Positions 1-12,616 of a stretch of DNA of 64,000 nt are shown in pieces. Positions within the stretch are counted from its first letter, which is position 1. The number at the start of each line of letters is the position of its first letter. Under the pieces are notes generated by a model. That model did not search any database, was not told the origin of the DNA, and saw only the letters and a program-made list of their open reading frames with translations. Both the position numbers and the translations under genes were made by a program. Source of the DNA: the human T2T-CHM13v2.0 reference genome, Homo sapiens; assembly GCF_009914755.1 (NCBI RefSeq), contig NC_060925.1. One strand, written 5' to 3'.

Positions 1-3000
1 ATCGAATGGACTCGAATGGAATAATCATTGAACGGAATCGAATGGAATCATCATCGGATGGAAATGAAAGGAGTCATCATCTAATGGAATTGCATGGAAT
101 CATCATAAAATGGAATCGAATGGAATCAACATCAAATGGAATCAAATGGAATCATTGAACGGAATTGAATGGAATCGTCATCGAATGAATTGAATGCAAT
201 CATCGAATGGTCTCGAATGGAATCATCTTCAAATGGAATGGAATGGAATCATCGCATAGAATCGAATGGAATTATCATCGAATGGAATCGAATGGAATCA
301 ACATCAAACGGAAAAAAACGGAATTATCGAATGGAATCGAAGAGAATCATCGAATGGACCCGAATGGAATCATCTAATGGAATGGAATGGAATAATCCAT
401 GGACTCGAATGCAATCATCATCGAATGGAATCGAATGGAATCATCGAATGGACTCGAATGGAATAATCATTGAACGGAATAGAATGGAATCATCATCGGA
501 TGGAAATGAATGGAATCGACATCGAATGGAATCGAATAGAATTATGGAATGAAATCCAGTGTGATCATCATCGAATGGACCCGAATGGAATCATCATCCA
601 ACGGAAGCTAATGGAATCAACATCGAATGAATCAAATGGAAACACCATCGAATTGAAACGAATGGAATTATCATGAAATTGAAATGGATGGACTCATCAT
701 CGAATGGATTCGAATGGAATCATCGAATAAAATTGATTGAAATCATCATCGAATGGAATCGAATGGTATCATTGAATGGAATCGAATGGAATCATCATCA
801 GATGGAAATGAATGGAATCGTCATAGAATGGAATCGAATGGATTCATTGAATGGAATCAGATGGAATCATCGAATGGACTGGAATGGAATCATTGAATGG
901 ACTCGAAAGGGATCATTATTGAATGGAATTGAATGGAATCATCGAATGGTCTCGATTGGAATCATTATCAAATGGAATCGAATGGAATCACCGAATAGAA
1001 TCGAATGGAACAATCATCGAATGGACTCAAATGGAATTATCCTCAAATGAAATCGAATGGAATTATCGAATGCAATCGAATGGAATTATCGAATGCAATC
1101 GAATAGAATCATCGAATGGACTCGAATGGAATCATCGAATGGAATGGAATGGAACAGTCAATGAACTCGAATGGAATCATCATTGAATGGAATCGAATGG
1201 AATCATCGAGTGGAATCGAATGGAATTATGATCAAATGGAATCGAATGTAATCATCATCAAATGGAATCAAAAATAACCATCATCAATTGGTATTGAATG
1301 GAATTGTCATCAAATGGAATTCAAAGAATCATCATCAAATGGAACTGAATGGAATCCTCATTGAATGGAAATGAAAGGGGTCATCATCTAATGGAATCGC
1401 ATGGAATCATCATCAAATGGAATCGAATGGAATCATCATCAAATGGAATCTAATGGAATCATTGAACAGAATTGAATGGAATCGTCATCGAATGAATTGA
1501 ATGCAATCATCGAATGGTCTCGAATGTAATCACATTCTAATGGAAAGGAATGGAATCATCGCATAGAATCGAATGGAATTAACATTGAATGGACTCGAAT
1601 GGAATCAACATCAAACGGAATCAAGCGGAATTATCGAATGGAATCGTAGAGAATCATCGAATGGACTCGAATGGAATCATCTAATGGAATGGAATGGAAT
1701 AATCCACGGACCCGAATGCAATCATCATCGTATAGAATCGAATGGAATCATCGAATGGACTCGAATGGAATAATCATTTAACGGAATCGAATGGAATAAT
1801 CTTCGGATGGAAACGAATGGAATCATCATCGAATGGAAATGAAAGGAGTCATTATCTAATGGAATTGCATGGAATCATCATAAAATGGAATCGAATGGAA
1901 TCAACATCAAATGGAATCAAATGGAATCATTGAACGGAATTGAATGGAATCGTCATAGAATGAATTCAATGCAATCATCGAATGGTCTCGAATGGAATCA
2001 TCTTCAAATGGAATGGAATGGAATCATCGCATAGAATCGAGTGGAATTATCATCGAATGGAGTCGAATGGAATCAACATCAAACGGAAAAAAACGGAATT
2101 ATCGAATGGAATCGAAGAGAATCTTCGAACGGACCCGAATGGAATCACCTAATGGAATGGAATGGAATAATCCATGGACTCGAATGCAATCATCATCGAA
2201 TGGAATCGAATGGAATCATCAAATGGACTCGAATGGAATAATCATTCAACGGAATCGAATGGAATCATCATCGGATGGAAATGAATTGAATCATCATCCA
2301 ACGGAAGCTAATGGAATCAACATCGAATGAATCCAATGGAAACACCATCGAATTGAAACGAATGGAATTATCATGAAATTGAAATGGATGGACTCATCAT
2401 CGAATGGATTCGAAAGGAATCATCGAATAAAATTGATTGAAATCATCATCGAATGGAATCGAATGGTATCATTGAATGGAATCGAATGGAATCATCATCA
2501 GATGGAAATGAATGGAATCGTCATAGAATGGAATCGAATGGATTCATTGAATGGAATCAGATGGAATCATCGAATGGACTGGAATGGAATCATTGAATGG
2601 ACTCGAAAGAGATCATGATTGAATGGAATTGAATGGAATCATCGAATGGTCTCGATTGGAATCATTATCAAATGGAATCGAATGGAATCACCGAATAGAA
2701 TCGAATGGAACAATCATCGAATGGACTCAAATGGAATTATCCTCAAATGGAATCGAATGGAATTATCGAATGCAATCGAATGCAATTATCGAATGCAATC
2801 GAATAGAATCATCGAATGGACTCGAATGGAATCATCGAATGGAATGGAATGGAACAGTCAATGAACTCGAATGGAATCATCACTGAATGGAATCGAATGG
2901 AATCATCGAGTGGAATCGAATGGAATTATGATCAAATGGAATCGAATGTAATCATCATCAAATGGAATCAAAAATAACCATCATCAATTGGTATTGAATG

Positions 3001-6000
3001 GAATTGTCATCAAATGGAATTCAAAGGAATCATCATCAAATGGAACAGAATGGAATCCTCGTTGAATGGAAATGAAAGGGGTCATCATCTAATGGAATCG
3101 CATGGAATCATCATCAAATGGAATCGAATGGAATCATCATCAAATGGAATCTGATGGAATCATTGAACAGAATTGAATGGAATCGTCATCGAATGAATTG
3201 AATGCAATCATCGAATGGTCTCGAATGGAATCATCTTCTAATGGAAAGGAATGGAATCATCGCATAGAATCGAATGGAATTAACATTGAATGGACTCGAA
3301 TGGAATCAACATCAAACGGAATCAAGCGGAATTATGGAATGGAATCGAAGAGAATCATCGAATGGACTCGAATGGAATAATCTAATGGAATTGAATGGAA
3401 TAATCCACGGACTCGAATGCAATCATCATCGTATAGAATCGAATGGAATCATCGAATGGACTCGAATGGAATAATCATTGAACGGAATCGAATGGAATCA
3501 TCATCGGATGGAAACGAATGGAATCATCATCGTATGGAAATGAAAGGAGTCATCATCTAATGGAATTGCATGGAATCATCATCAAATGGAATCGAATGGA
3601 ATCAACATCAAATGGAATCAAATGGAATCATTGAACGGAATTGAATGGAATCGTCATCGAATGAATGAATGCAATCATCGAATGGTCTCGAATGGAATCA
3701 TCTTCCAATGGAATGGAATGGAATCATCGCATAGAATCGAATGGAATTATCATCGAATGGAATCTAATGGTATCAACATCAAACGGAAAATAACGGAATT
3801 ATCGAATGGAATCGAAGAGAATCATCGAACGGACCCGAATGGAATCATCTAATGGAATGGAATGGAATAATCCACGGACTCGAATGCAATCATCGTCGAA
3901 TGGAATCGAATGGAATCATCGAATGTACTCGAATGGAATAATCATTGAACAGAATCGAATGGAATCATCATCGGATGGAAACGAATGGAATCATCATCGA
4001 ATGGAAATTAAAGGAGTCATCATCTAATGGAATTGCATGGAATCATCATCAAATGGAATCGAATGCAATCAACATCAAATGGAATCAAATGGAATCATTG
4101 AACGGAATTGAATGGAATCGTCATCGAATGAATTGAATGCAATCATCGAATGGTCTCGAATGGAATCATCTTCAAATGGAATGGAATGGAATCATCGCAT
4201 AGAATCGAATGGAATTATCATCGAATGGAATCGAATGGTATCAACATCAAACGGAAAAAAACGGAATTATCGAATGGAATCGAAGAGAATCTTCGAACGG
4301 ACCCGAATGGAATCATCTAATGGAATGGAATGGAATCATCCATGGACTGGAAGGCAATCATCATTGAACGGAATCGAAAGGAATCATCATCGGATGGAAA
4401 CGACTGGAATCATCATCGAATGGAAATGAAAGGAGTCATCATCTAATGGAATTGCATGGAATCATCATAAAATGGAATCGAATGGAATCAACATCAAATG
4501 GAATCAAATGGAATCATTGAACGGAATTGAATGGAATCGTCATCGAATGAATTGAATGCAATCATCCAATGGTCTCGAATGGAATCATCTTCAAATGGAA
4601 TGGAATGGAATCATCGCATAGAATCGAATGGAATTATCATCGAATGGAATCGAATGGTATCAACATCAAACGGAAAAAAACGGAATTATCGAATGGAATC
4701 GAAGAGAATCTTCGAACGGACCCGAATGGAATCATCTAATGGAATGGAATGGAATAATCCATGGACTCGAATGCAATCATCATCGAATGGAATCGAATGG
4801 AATCATCGAATGGACTTGAATGGAATAATCATTGAACGGAATCGAATGGAATCATCATCGGATGGAAACGAATGGAATCATCATCGAATGGAATCGAATA
4901 GAATTATGGAATGAAATCCAGTGTGATCATCATCGAATGGACCCGAATGGAATCATCATCCAACGGAAGCTAATGGAATCAACATCGAATGAATCAAATG
5001 GAAACACCATCGAATTGAAACGAATGGAATTACCATGAAATTGAAATGGATGGACTCATCATCAAATGGATTCGAATGGAATCATCGAATAAAATTGATT
5101 GAAATCATCATCGAATGGAATCGAATGGTATCATTGAATGGAATCGAATGGAATCATCATCAGATGGAAATGAATGGAATCGTCATAGAATGGAATCGAA
5201 TGGATTCATTGAATGGAATCAGATGGAATCATTGAATGGACTGGAATGGAATCATTGAATGGACTCGAAAGGGATCATTATTGAATGGAATTGAATGGAA
5301 TCATCGAATGGTCTCGATTGGAATCATTATCAAATGGAATCGAATGGAATCACCGAATAGAATCGAATGGAACAATCATCGAATGGACTCAAATGGAATT
5401 ATCCTCCAACGGAATGGAATGGAATTATCGAATGCAATCGAATGGAATTATCGAATGCAATCGAATAGAATCATCGAATGGACTCGAATGGAATCATCGA
5501 ATGGAATGGAATGGAACAGTCAATGAACTCGAATGGAATCATCATTGAATGGAATCGAATGGAATCATCGAGTGGAATCGAATGGAATTATGATCAAATG
5601 GAATCGAATGTAATCATCATCAAATGGAATCAAAAATAACCATCATCAATTGGTATTGAATGGAATTGTCATCAAATGGAATTCAAAGGAATCATCATCA
5701 AATGGAACCGAATGGAATCCTCATTGAATGGAAACGAAAGGGGTCATCATCTAATGGAATCGCATGGAATCATCATAAAATGGAATCGAATGGAATCAAC
5801 ATCAAATGGAATCAAATGGAATCATTGAACGGAATTGAAAGGAATCATCATCGAATGAATTGGATGCAATCATCGAATGGTCTCGAATGGAATCTTCTTC
5901 AAATGGAATGCAATGGAATCATCGCATAGAATCGAATGGAATTATCATCGAATGGAATCGAATGGAATCAACATCAAACGGAAAAAAACGGAATTATCGA

Positions 6001-6050
6001 ATGGAATCGAAGAGAATCATCGAATGGACCCGAATGGAATCATCTAATGG
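1..6050 (+). repeat. More diverged, irregular HSat2 domain
   Basis: EcoRI spacings are 1700 and 2662. Variants not seen downstream include AAACGGAATCAAGCGG (~1613, ~3314), ATTAACATTGAATGGACTC and TCCACGGA. Four consecutive 468-type blocks start in ORF register at 3177, 3645, 4112 and 4531. Confidence 0.8.
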
Positions 6051-9000
6051 AATGGAATGGAATAATCCATGGACTCGAATGCAACCATCATCGAATGGAA
6101 TCGAATGGAATCATCGAATGGACTCGAATGGAATAATCATTGAACGGAATCGAATGGAATCATCATCGGATGGAAACGAATGGAATCATCATCGAATGGA
6201 AATGAAAGGAGTCATCATCTAATGGAATTGCATGGAATCATCATAAAATGGAATCGAATGGAATCAACATCAAATGGAATCAAACGGAATCATTGAACGG
6301 AATTGAATGGAATCGTCATCGAATGAATTGAATGCAATCATCGAATGGTCTCGAATGGAATCATCTTCAAATGGAATGGAATGGAATCATCGCATAGAAT
6401 CGAATGGAATTATCATCGAATGCAATCGAATGGAATCAACATCAAACGGAAAAAAACGGAATTATCGAATGGAATCGAATAGAATCATCGAATGGACCCG
6501 AATCGAATCATCTAATGGAATGGAATGGAATAATCCGTGGACTCGAATGCAATCATCATCGAATGTAATCGAATGGAATCATCCAATGGACTCGAATGGA
6601 ATAATCATTGAACGGAATCGAATGGAATCATCATCGGATGGAAATGAATGGAATCATCATCGAATGGAATCGAATAGAATTATGGAATGAAATCCAGTGT
6701 GATCATCATCGAATGGACCCGAATGGAATCATCATCCAACGGATGCTAATGGAATCAACATCGAATGAATCAAATGGAAACACCATCGAATTGAAACGAA
6801 TGGAATTACCATGAAATTGAAATGGTTGGACTCATCATCGAATGGATTCGAATGGAATCATCGAATAAAATTGATTGAAATCATCATCGAATGGAATCGA
6901 ATGGTATCATTGAATGGAATCTAATGCAATCATCATCAGATAGAAATGAATGGAATCGTCATAGAATGGAATCGAATGGATTCATTGAATGGAATCAGAT
7001 GGAATCATCGAATGGACTGGAATGGAATTATTGAATGGACACGAAAGAGATCATGATTGAATGGAATTGAATGGAATCATCGAATGGTCTCGATTGGAAT
7101 CATTATCAAATGGAATCGAATGGAATCACCGAATAGAATCGAATGGAACAATCATCGAATGGACTCAAATGGAATTATCCTCAAATGGAATGGAATGGAA
7201 TTATCGAATGCAATCGAATAGAATCATTGAATGGACTCGAATGGAATAATCATTGAACGGAATCGAATGGAATCATCATCGGATGGAAACGAATGGAATC
7301 ATCATCGAATGGAAATGAAAGGAGACATCATCTAATGGAATTGCATGGTATCATCATAAAATGGAATCGAATGGAATCAACATCAAATGGAATCAAATGG
7401 AATCATTGAACGGAATTGAATGGAATCGTCATCGAATGAATTGAATGCAATCATCGAATGGTCTCGAATGGAATCATCTTCAAATGGAATGGAATGGAAT
7501 CATCGCATAGAATCGAATGGAATTATCATCGAATGGAATCGAATGGAATCAACATCAAACGGAAAAAAACGGAATTATCGAATGGAATCGAAGAGAATCA
7601 TCGAATGGACCCGAATGGAATCATCTAATGGAATGGAATGGAATAATCCATGGACTCGAATGCAATCATCATCGAATGGAATCGAATGGAATCATCGAAT
7701 GGACACGAATGGAATAATCATTGAATGGAATCGAATGGAATCATCATCGGATGGAAATGAAAGGAGTCATCATCTAATGGAATTGCATGGAATCATCATA
7801 AAATGGAATCGAATGGAATCAACATCAAATGGAATCAAATGGAATCATTGAACGGAATTGAATGGAATCGTCATCGAATGAATTGAATGCAATCATCGAA
7901 TGGTCTCGAATGGAATCATCTTCAAATGGAATGGAATGGAATCATCGCATAGAATCGAATGGAATTATCATCGAATGGAATCGAATCGAATCAACATCAA
8001 ACGGAAAAAAACGGAATTATCGAATGGAATCGAAGAGAATCATCGAATGGACCCGAATGGAATCATCTAATGGAATGGAATGGAATAATCCATGGACTCG
8101 AATGCAATCATCATCGAATGGAATCGAATGGAATCATCCAATGGACTCGAATGGAATAATCATTGAACGGAATCGAATGGAATCATCATCGGATGGAAAT
8201 GAATGGAATCATCATCGAATGGAATCGAATAGAATTATGGAATGAAATCCAGTGTGATCATCATCGAATGGACCCGAATGGAATCATCATCCAACGGAAG
8301 CTAATGGAATCAACATCGAATGAATCAAATGGAAACACCATCGAATTGAAACGAATGGAATTACCATGAAATTGAAATGGATGGACTCATCATCGAATGG
8401 ATTCGAATGGAATCATCGAATAAAATTGATTGAAATCATCATCGAATGGAATCGAATGGTATCATTGAATGGAATAGAATGGAATCATCATCAGATGGAA
8501 ATGAATGGAATCGTCATAGAATGGAATCGAATGGATTCATTGAATGGAATCAGATGGAATCATCGAATGGACTGGAATGGAATCATTGAATGGACTCGAA
8601 AGGGATCATGATTGAATGGAATTGAATGGAATCATCGAATGGTCTCGATTGGAATCATTATCAAATGGAATCGAATGGAATCACCGAATAGAATCGAATG
8701 GAACAATCATCGAATGGACTCAAAAGGAATTATCCTCAAATGGAATCGAATGGAATTATCGAATGCAATCGAATGGAATTATCGAATGCAATCGAATAGA
8801 ATCATCGAATGGACTCGAATGGAATCATCGAATGGAATGGAATGGAACAGTCAATGAACTCGAATGGAATCATCATTGAATGGAATCGAATGGAATCATC
8901 GAGTGGAATCGAATGGAATTATGATCAAATGGAATCGAATGTAATCATCATCAAATGGAATCAAAAATAACCATCATCAATTGGTATTGAATGGAATTGT

Positions 9001-10840
9001 CATCAAATGGAATTCAAAGGAATCATCATCAAATGGAACCGAATGGAATCCTCATTGAATGGAAATGAAAGGGGTCATCATCTAATGGAATCGCATGGAA
9101 TCATCATCAAATGGAATCGAATGGAATCATCATCAAATGGAATCTAATGGAATCATTGAACAGAATTGAATGGAATCGTCATCGAATGAATTGAATGCAA
9201 TCATCGAATGGTCTCGAATGGAATCATCTTCTAAAGGAAAGTAATGGAATCATCGCATAGAATCGAATGGAATTATCATCGAATGGAATCGAATGGTATC
9301 AACACCAAACGGAAAAAAACGGAATTATCGAATGGAATCGAAGAGAATCTTCGAACGGACCCGAATGGAATCATCTAATGGAATGGAATGGAATAATCCA
9401 TGGACTCGAATGCAATCATCATCGAATGGAATGGAATGGAATCATCGAATCGACTCGAATGGAATAATCATTGAACGGAATCGAATGGAATCATCATCGG
9501 ATGGAAACGAATGGAATCATCATCGAATGGAAATGAAAGGAGTCATCATCTAATGGAATTGCATGGAATCATCATAAAATGGATTCGAATGGAATCAACA
9601 TCAAATGGAATCAAATGGAATCATTGAACGGAATTGAATGGAATCGTCATCGAATGAATTGAATGCAATCATCAAATGGTCTCGAATGGAATCATCTTCA
9701 AATGGAATGGAATGGAATCATCGCATAGAATCGAATGGAATTATCATCGAATGGAATCGAATGGAATCAACATCAAACGGAAAAAAACGGAATTATCGAA
9801 TGGAATCGAAGAGAATCATCGAATGGACCCGAATGGAATCATCTAATGGAATGGAATGGAATAATCCATGGACTCAAATGCAATCATCATCGAATGGAAT
9901 CGAATGGAATGATCGAATGGACTCGAATGGAATCATCATTGAACGGAATCGAATGGAATCATCATCGGATGCAAATGAATGGAATCATCATCGAATGGAA
10001 TCGAATAGAATTATGGAATGAAATCCAGTGTGATCATCATCGAATGGACCCGAATGGAATCATCATCCAACGGAAGCTAATGGAATCAACATCGAATGAA
10101 TCGAATGGAAACACCATCGAATTGAAACGAATGGAATTATCATGAAATTGAAATGGATGGACTCATCATCGAATGGATTCGAATGGAATCATCGAATAAA
10201 ATTGATTGAAATCATCATCCAATGGAATCGAATGGTATCATTGAATGGAATCGAATGGAATCATCATCAGATGGAAATGAATGGAATCGTCATAGAATGG
10301 AATCGAATGGATTCATTGAATGGAATCAGATGGAATCATGGAATGGACTGGAATGGAATCATTGAATGGACTCGAAAGGGATCATTATTGAATGGAATTG
10401 AATGGAATCATCGAATGGTCTCGATTGGAATCATTTTCAAATGGAATCGAATGGAATCACCGAATAGAATCGAATGGAACAATCATCGAATGGACTCAAA
10501 TGGAATTATCCTCAAATGGAATCGAATGGAATTATCGAATGCAATCGAATGGAATTATCGAATGCAATCGAATAGAATCATCGAATGGACTCGAATGGAA
10601 TCATCGAATGGAATGGAATGGAACAGTCAATGAACTCGAATGGAATCATCATTGAATGGAATCGAATGGAATCATCGAGTGGAATCGAATGGAATTATGA
10701 TCAAATGGAATCGAATGTAATCATCATCAAATGGAATCAAAAATAACCATCATCAATTGGTATTGAATGGAATTGTCATCAAATGGAATTCAAAGGAATC
10801 ATCATCAAATGGAACCGAATGGAATCCTCATTGAATGGAA

Positions 10841-11308
10841 ATGAAAGGGGTCATCATCTAATGGAATCGCATGGAATCATCATCAAATGGAATCGAATGG
10901 AATCATCATCAAATGGAATCTAATGGAATCATTGAACAGAATTGAATGGAATCGTCATTGAATGAATTGAATGCAATCATCGAATGGTCTCGAATGGAAT
11001 CATCTTCTAATGGAAAGGAATGGAATCATCGCATAGAATCGAATGGAATTATCATCGAATGGAATCGAATGGTATCAACACCAAACGGAAAAAAACGGAA
11101 TTATCGAATGGAATCGAAGAGAATCTTCGAACGGACCCGAATGGAATCATCTAATGGAATGGAATGGAATAATCCATGGACTCGAATGCAATCATCATCG
11201 AATGGAATCAAATGGAATCATCGAATGGACTCGAATGGAATAATCATTGAACGGAATCGAATGGAATCATCATCGGATGGAAACGAATGGAATCATCATC
11301 GAATGGAA
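10841..11308 (+). repeat. 468-bp internal block a of the 1776-bp unit (example copy)
   Basis: Starts ATGAAAGGGGTCATC. Diagnostic variants are AACAGAATTG, TTCTAATGGAAAGG, GGTATCAACACC, ATCTTCGAACGG and GGAAACGAAT. It aligns to block b at an offset of 468 (ORFs 10946 vs 11414). Confidence 0.92.
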
Positions 11309-11776
11309 ATGAAAGGAGTCATCATCTAATGGAATTGCATGGAATCATCATAAAATGGAATCGAATGGAATCAACATCAAATGGAATCAAACGGAATCAT
11401 TGAACGGAATTGAGTGGAATCGTCATCGAATGAATTGAATGCAATCATCGAATGGTCTCGAATGGAATCATCTTCAAATGGAATGGAATGGAATCATCGC
11501 ATAGAATCGAATGGAATTATCATCGAATGGAATCGAATGGAATCAACATCAAACGGAAAAAAACGGAATTATCGAATGGAATCGAAGAGAATCATCGAAT
11601 GGACCCGAATGGAATCATCTAATGGAATGGAATGGAATAATCCATGGACTCGAATGCAATCATCATCGAATGGAATCGAATGGAATCATCGAATGGACTC
11701 GAATGGAATAATCATTGAACGGAATCGAATGGAATCATCATCGGATGGAAATGAATGGAATCATCATCGAAAGGAA
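11309..11776 (+). repeat. 468-bp internal block b of the 1776-bp unit (example copy)
   Basis: Starts ATGAAAGGAGTCATC. Diagnostic variants are AACGGAATTG, TTCAAATGGAATGG, GGAATCAACATC, ATCATCGAATGGACCC and GGAAATGAAT. Confidence 0.92.
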
Positions 11777-12616
11777 TCGAATAGAATTATGGAATGAAAT
11801 CCAGTGTGATCATCATCGAATGGACCCGAATGGAATCATCATCCAACGGAAGCTAATGGAATCAACATCGAATGAATCGAATGGAAACACCATCGAATTG
11901 AAACGAATGGAATTATCATGAAATTGAAATGGATGGACTCATCATCGAATGGATTCGAATGGAATCATCGAATAAAATTGATTGAAATCATCATCGAATG
12001 GAATCGAATGGTATCATTGAATGGAATCGAATGGAATCATCATCATATGGAAATGAATGGAATCGTCATAGAATGGAATCGAATGGATTCATTGAATGGA
12101 ATCAGATGGAATCATCGAATGGACTGGAATGGAATCATTGAATGGACTTGAAAGGGATCATTATTGAATGGAATTGAATGGAATCATCGAATGGTCTCGA
12201 TTGGAATCATTATCAAATGGAATCGAATGGAATCACCGAATAGAATCGAATGGAACAATCATCGAATGGACTCAAATGGAATTATCCTCCAATGGAATCG
12301 AATGGAATTATCGAATGCAATCGAATGGAATTATCGAATGCAATCGAATAGAATCATCGAATGGACTCGAATGGAATCATCGAATGGAATGGAATGGAAC
12401 AGTCAATGAACTCGAATGGAATCATCATTGAATGGAATCGAATGGAATCATCGAGTGGAATCGAATGGAATTATGATCAAATGGAATCGAATGTAATCAT
12501 CATCAAATGGAATCAAAAATAACCATCATCAATTGGTATTGAATGGAATTGTCATCAAATGGAATTCAAAGGAATCATCATCAAATGGAACCGAATGGAA
12601 TCCTCATTGAATGGAA
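11777..12616 (+). repeat. 840-bp single-copy portion of the 1776-bp unit (example copy)
   Basis: Contains once-per-unit landmarks GAAATCCAGTGTGATC, CAACGGAAGCT, AATAAAATTGATTG, GGAACAGTCAATG, CAAAAATAACC and the EcoRI site. Confidence 0.9.

Larger units (their letters stand above)
10786..12561 (+). repeat. Representative canonical 1776-bp unit (EcoRI to EcoRI)
   Basis: GAATTC in context CAAATGGAATTCAAAG occurs at 1317, 3017, 5679, 9010, 10786, 12562, 14338, 16582, 18358, 21767, 23519, 25295, 28626, 30402, 32178, 33954, 35730, 37506, 40915, 42667, 44443, 45751, 47478, 49254, 51030, 52315, 54091, 55399, 57175, 58483, 60259, 62035 and 63811. The modal spacing is 1776. Confidence 0.95.

Noticed and set aside
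11087-11096. GGAAAAAAAC A-tract as a retrotransposon tail or terminator
   Set aside because: It is a fixed 7-A variant of the satellite subunit (aligned with GGAATCAAGC in diverged blocks), with no target-site duplication or hairpin.
11119-11135. GAATCTTCGAA as a heat-shock element
   Set aside because: Only two properly spaced nGAAn units are present, whereas a canonical HSE needs three alternating units.
11971-11976. AATAAA once per unit as a polyadenylation signal
   Set aside because: A hexamer in A-rich satellite with no GU-rich downstream element; it is unsupported without transcript data.
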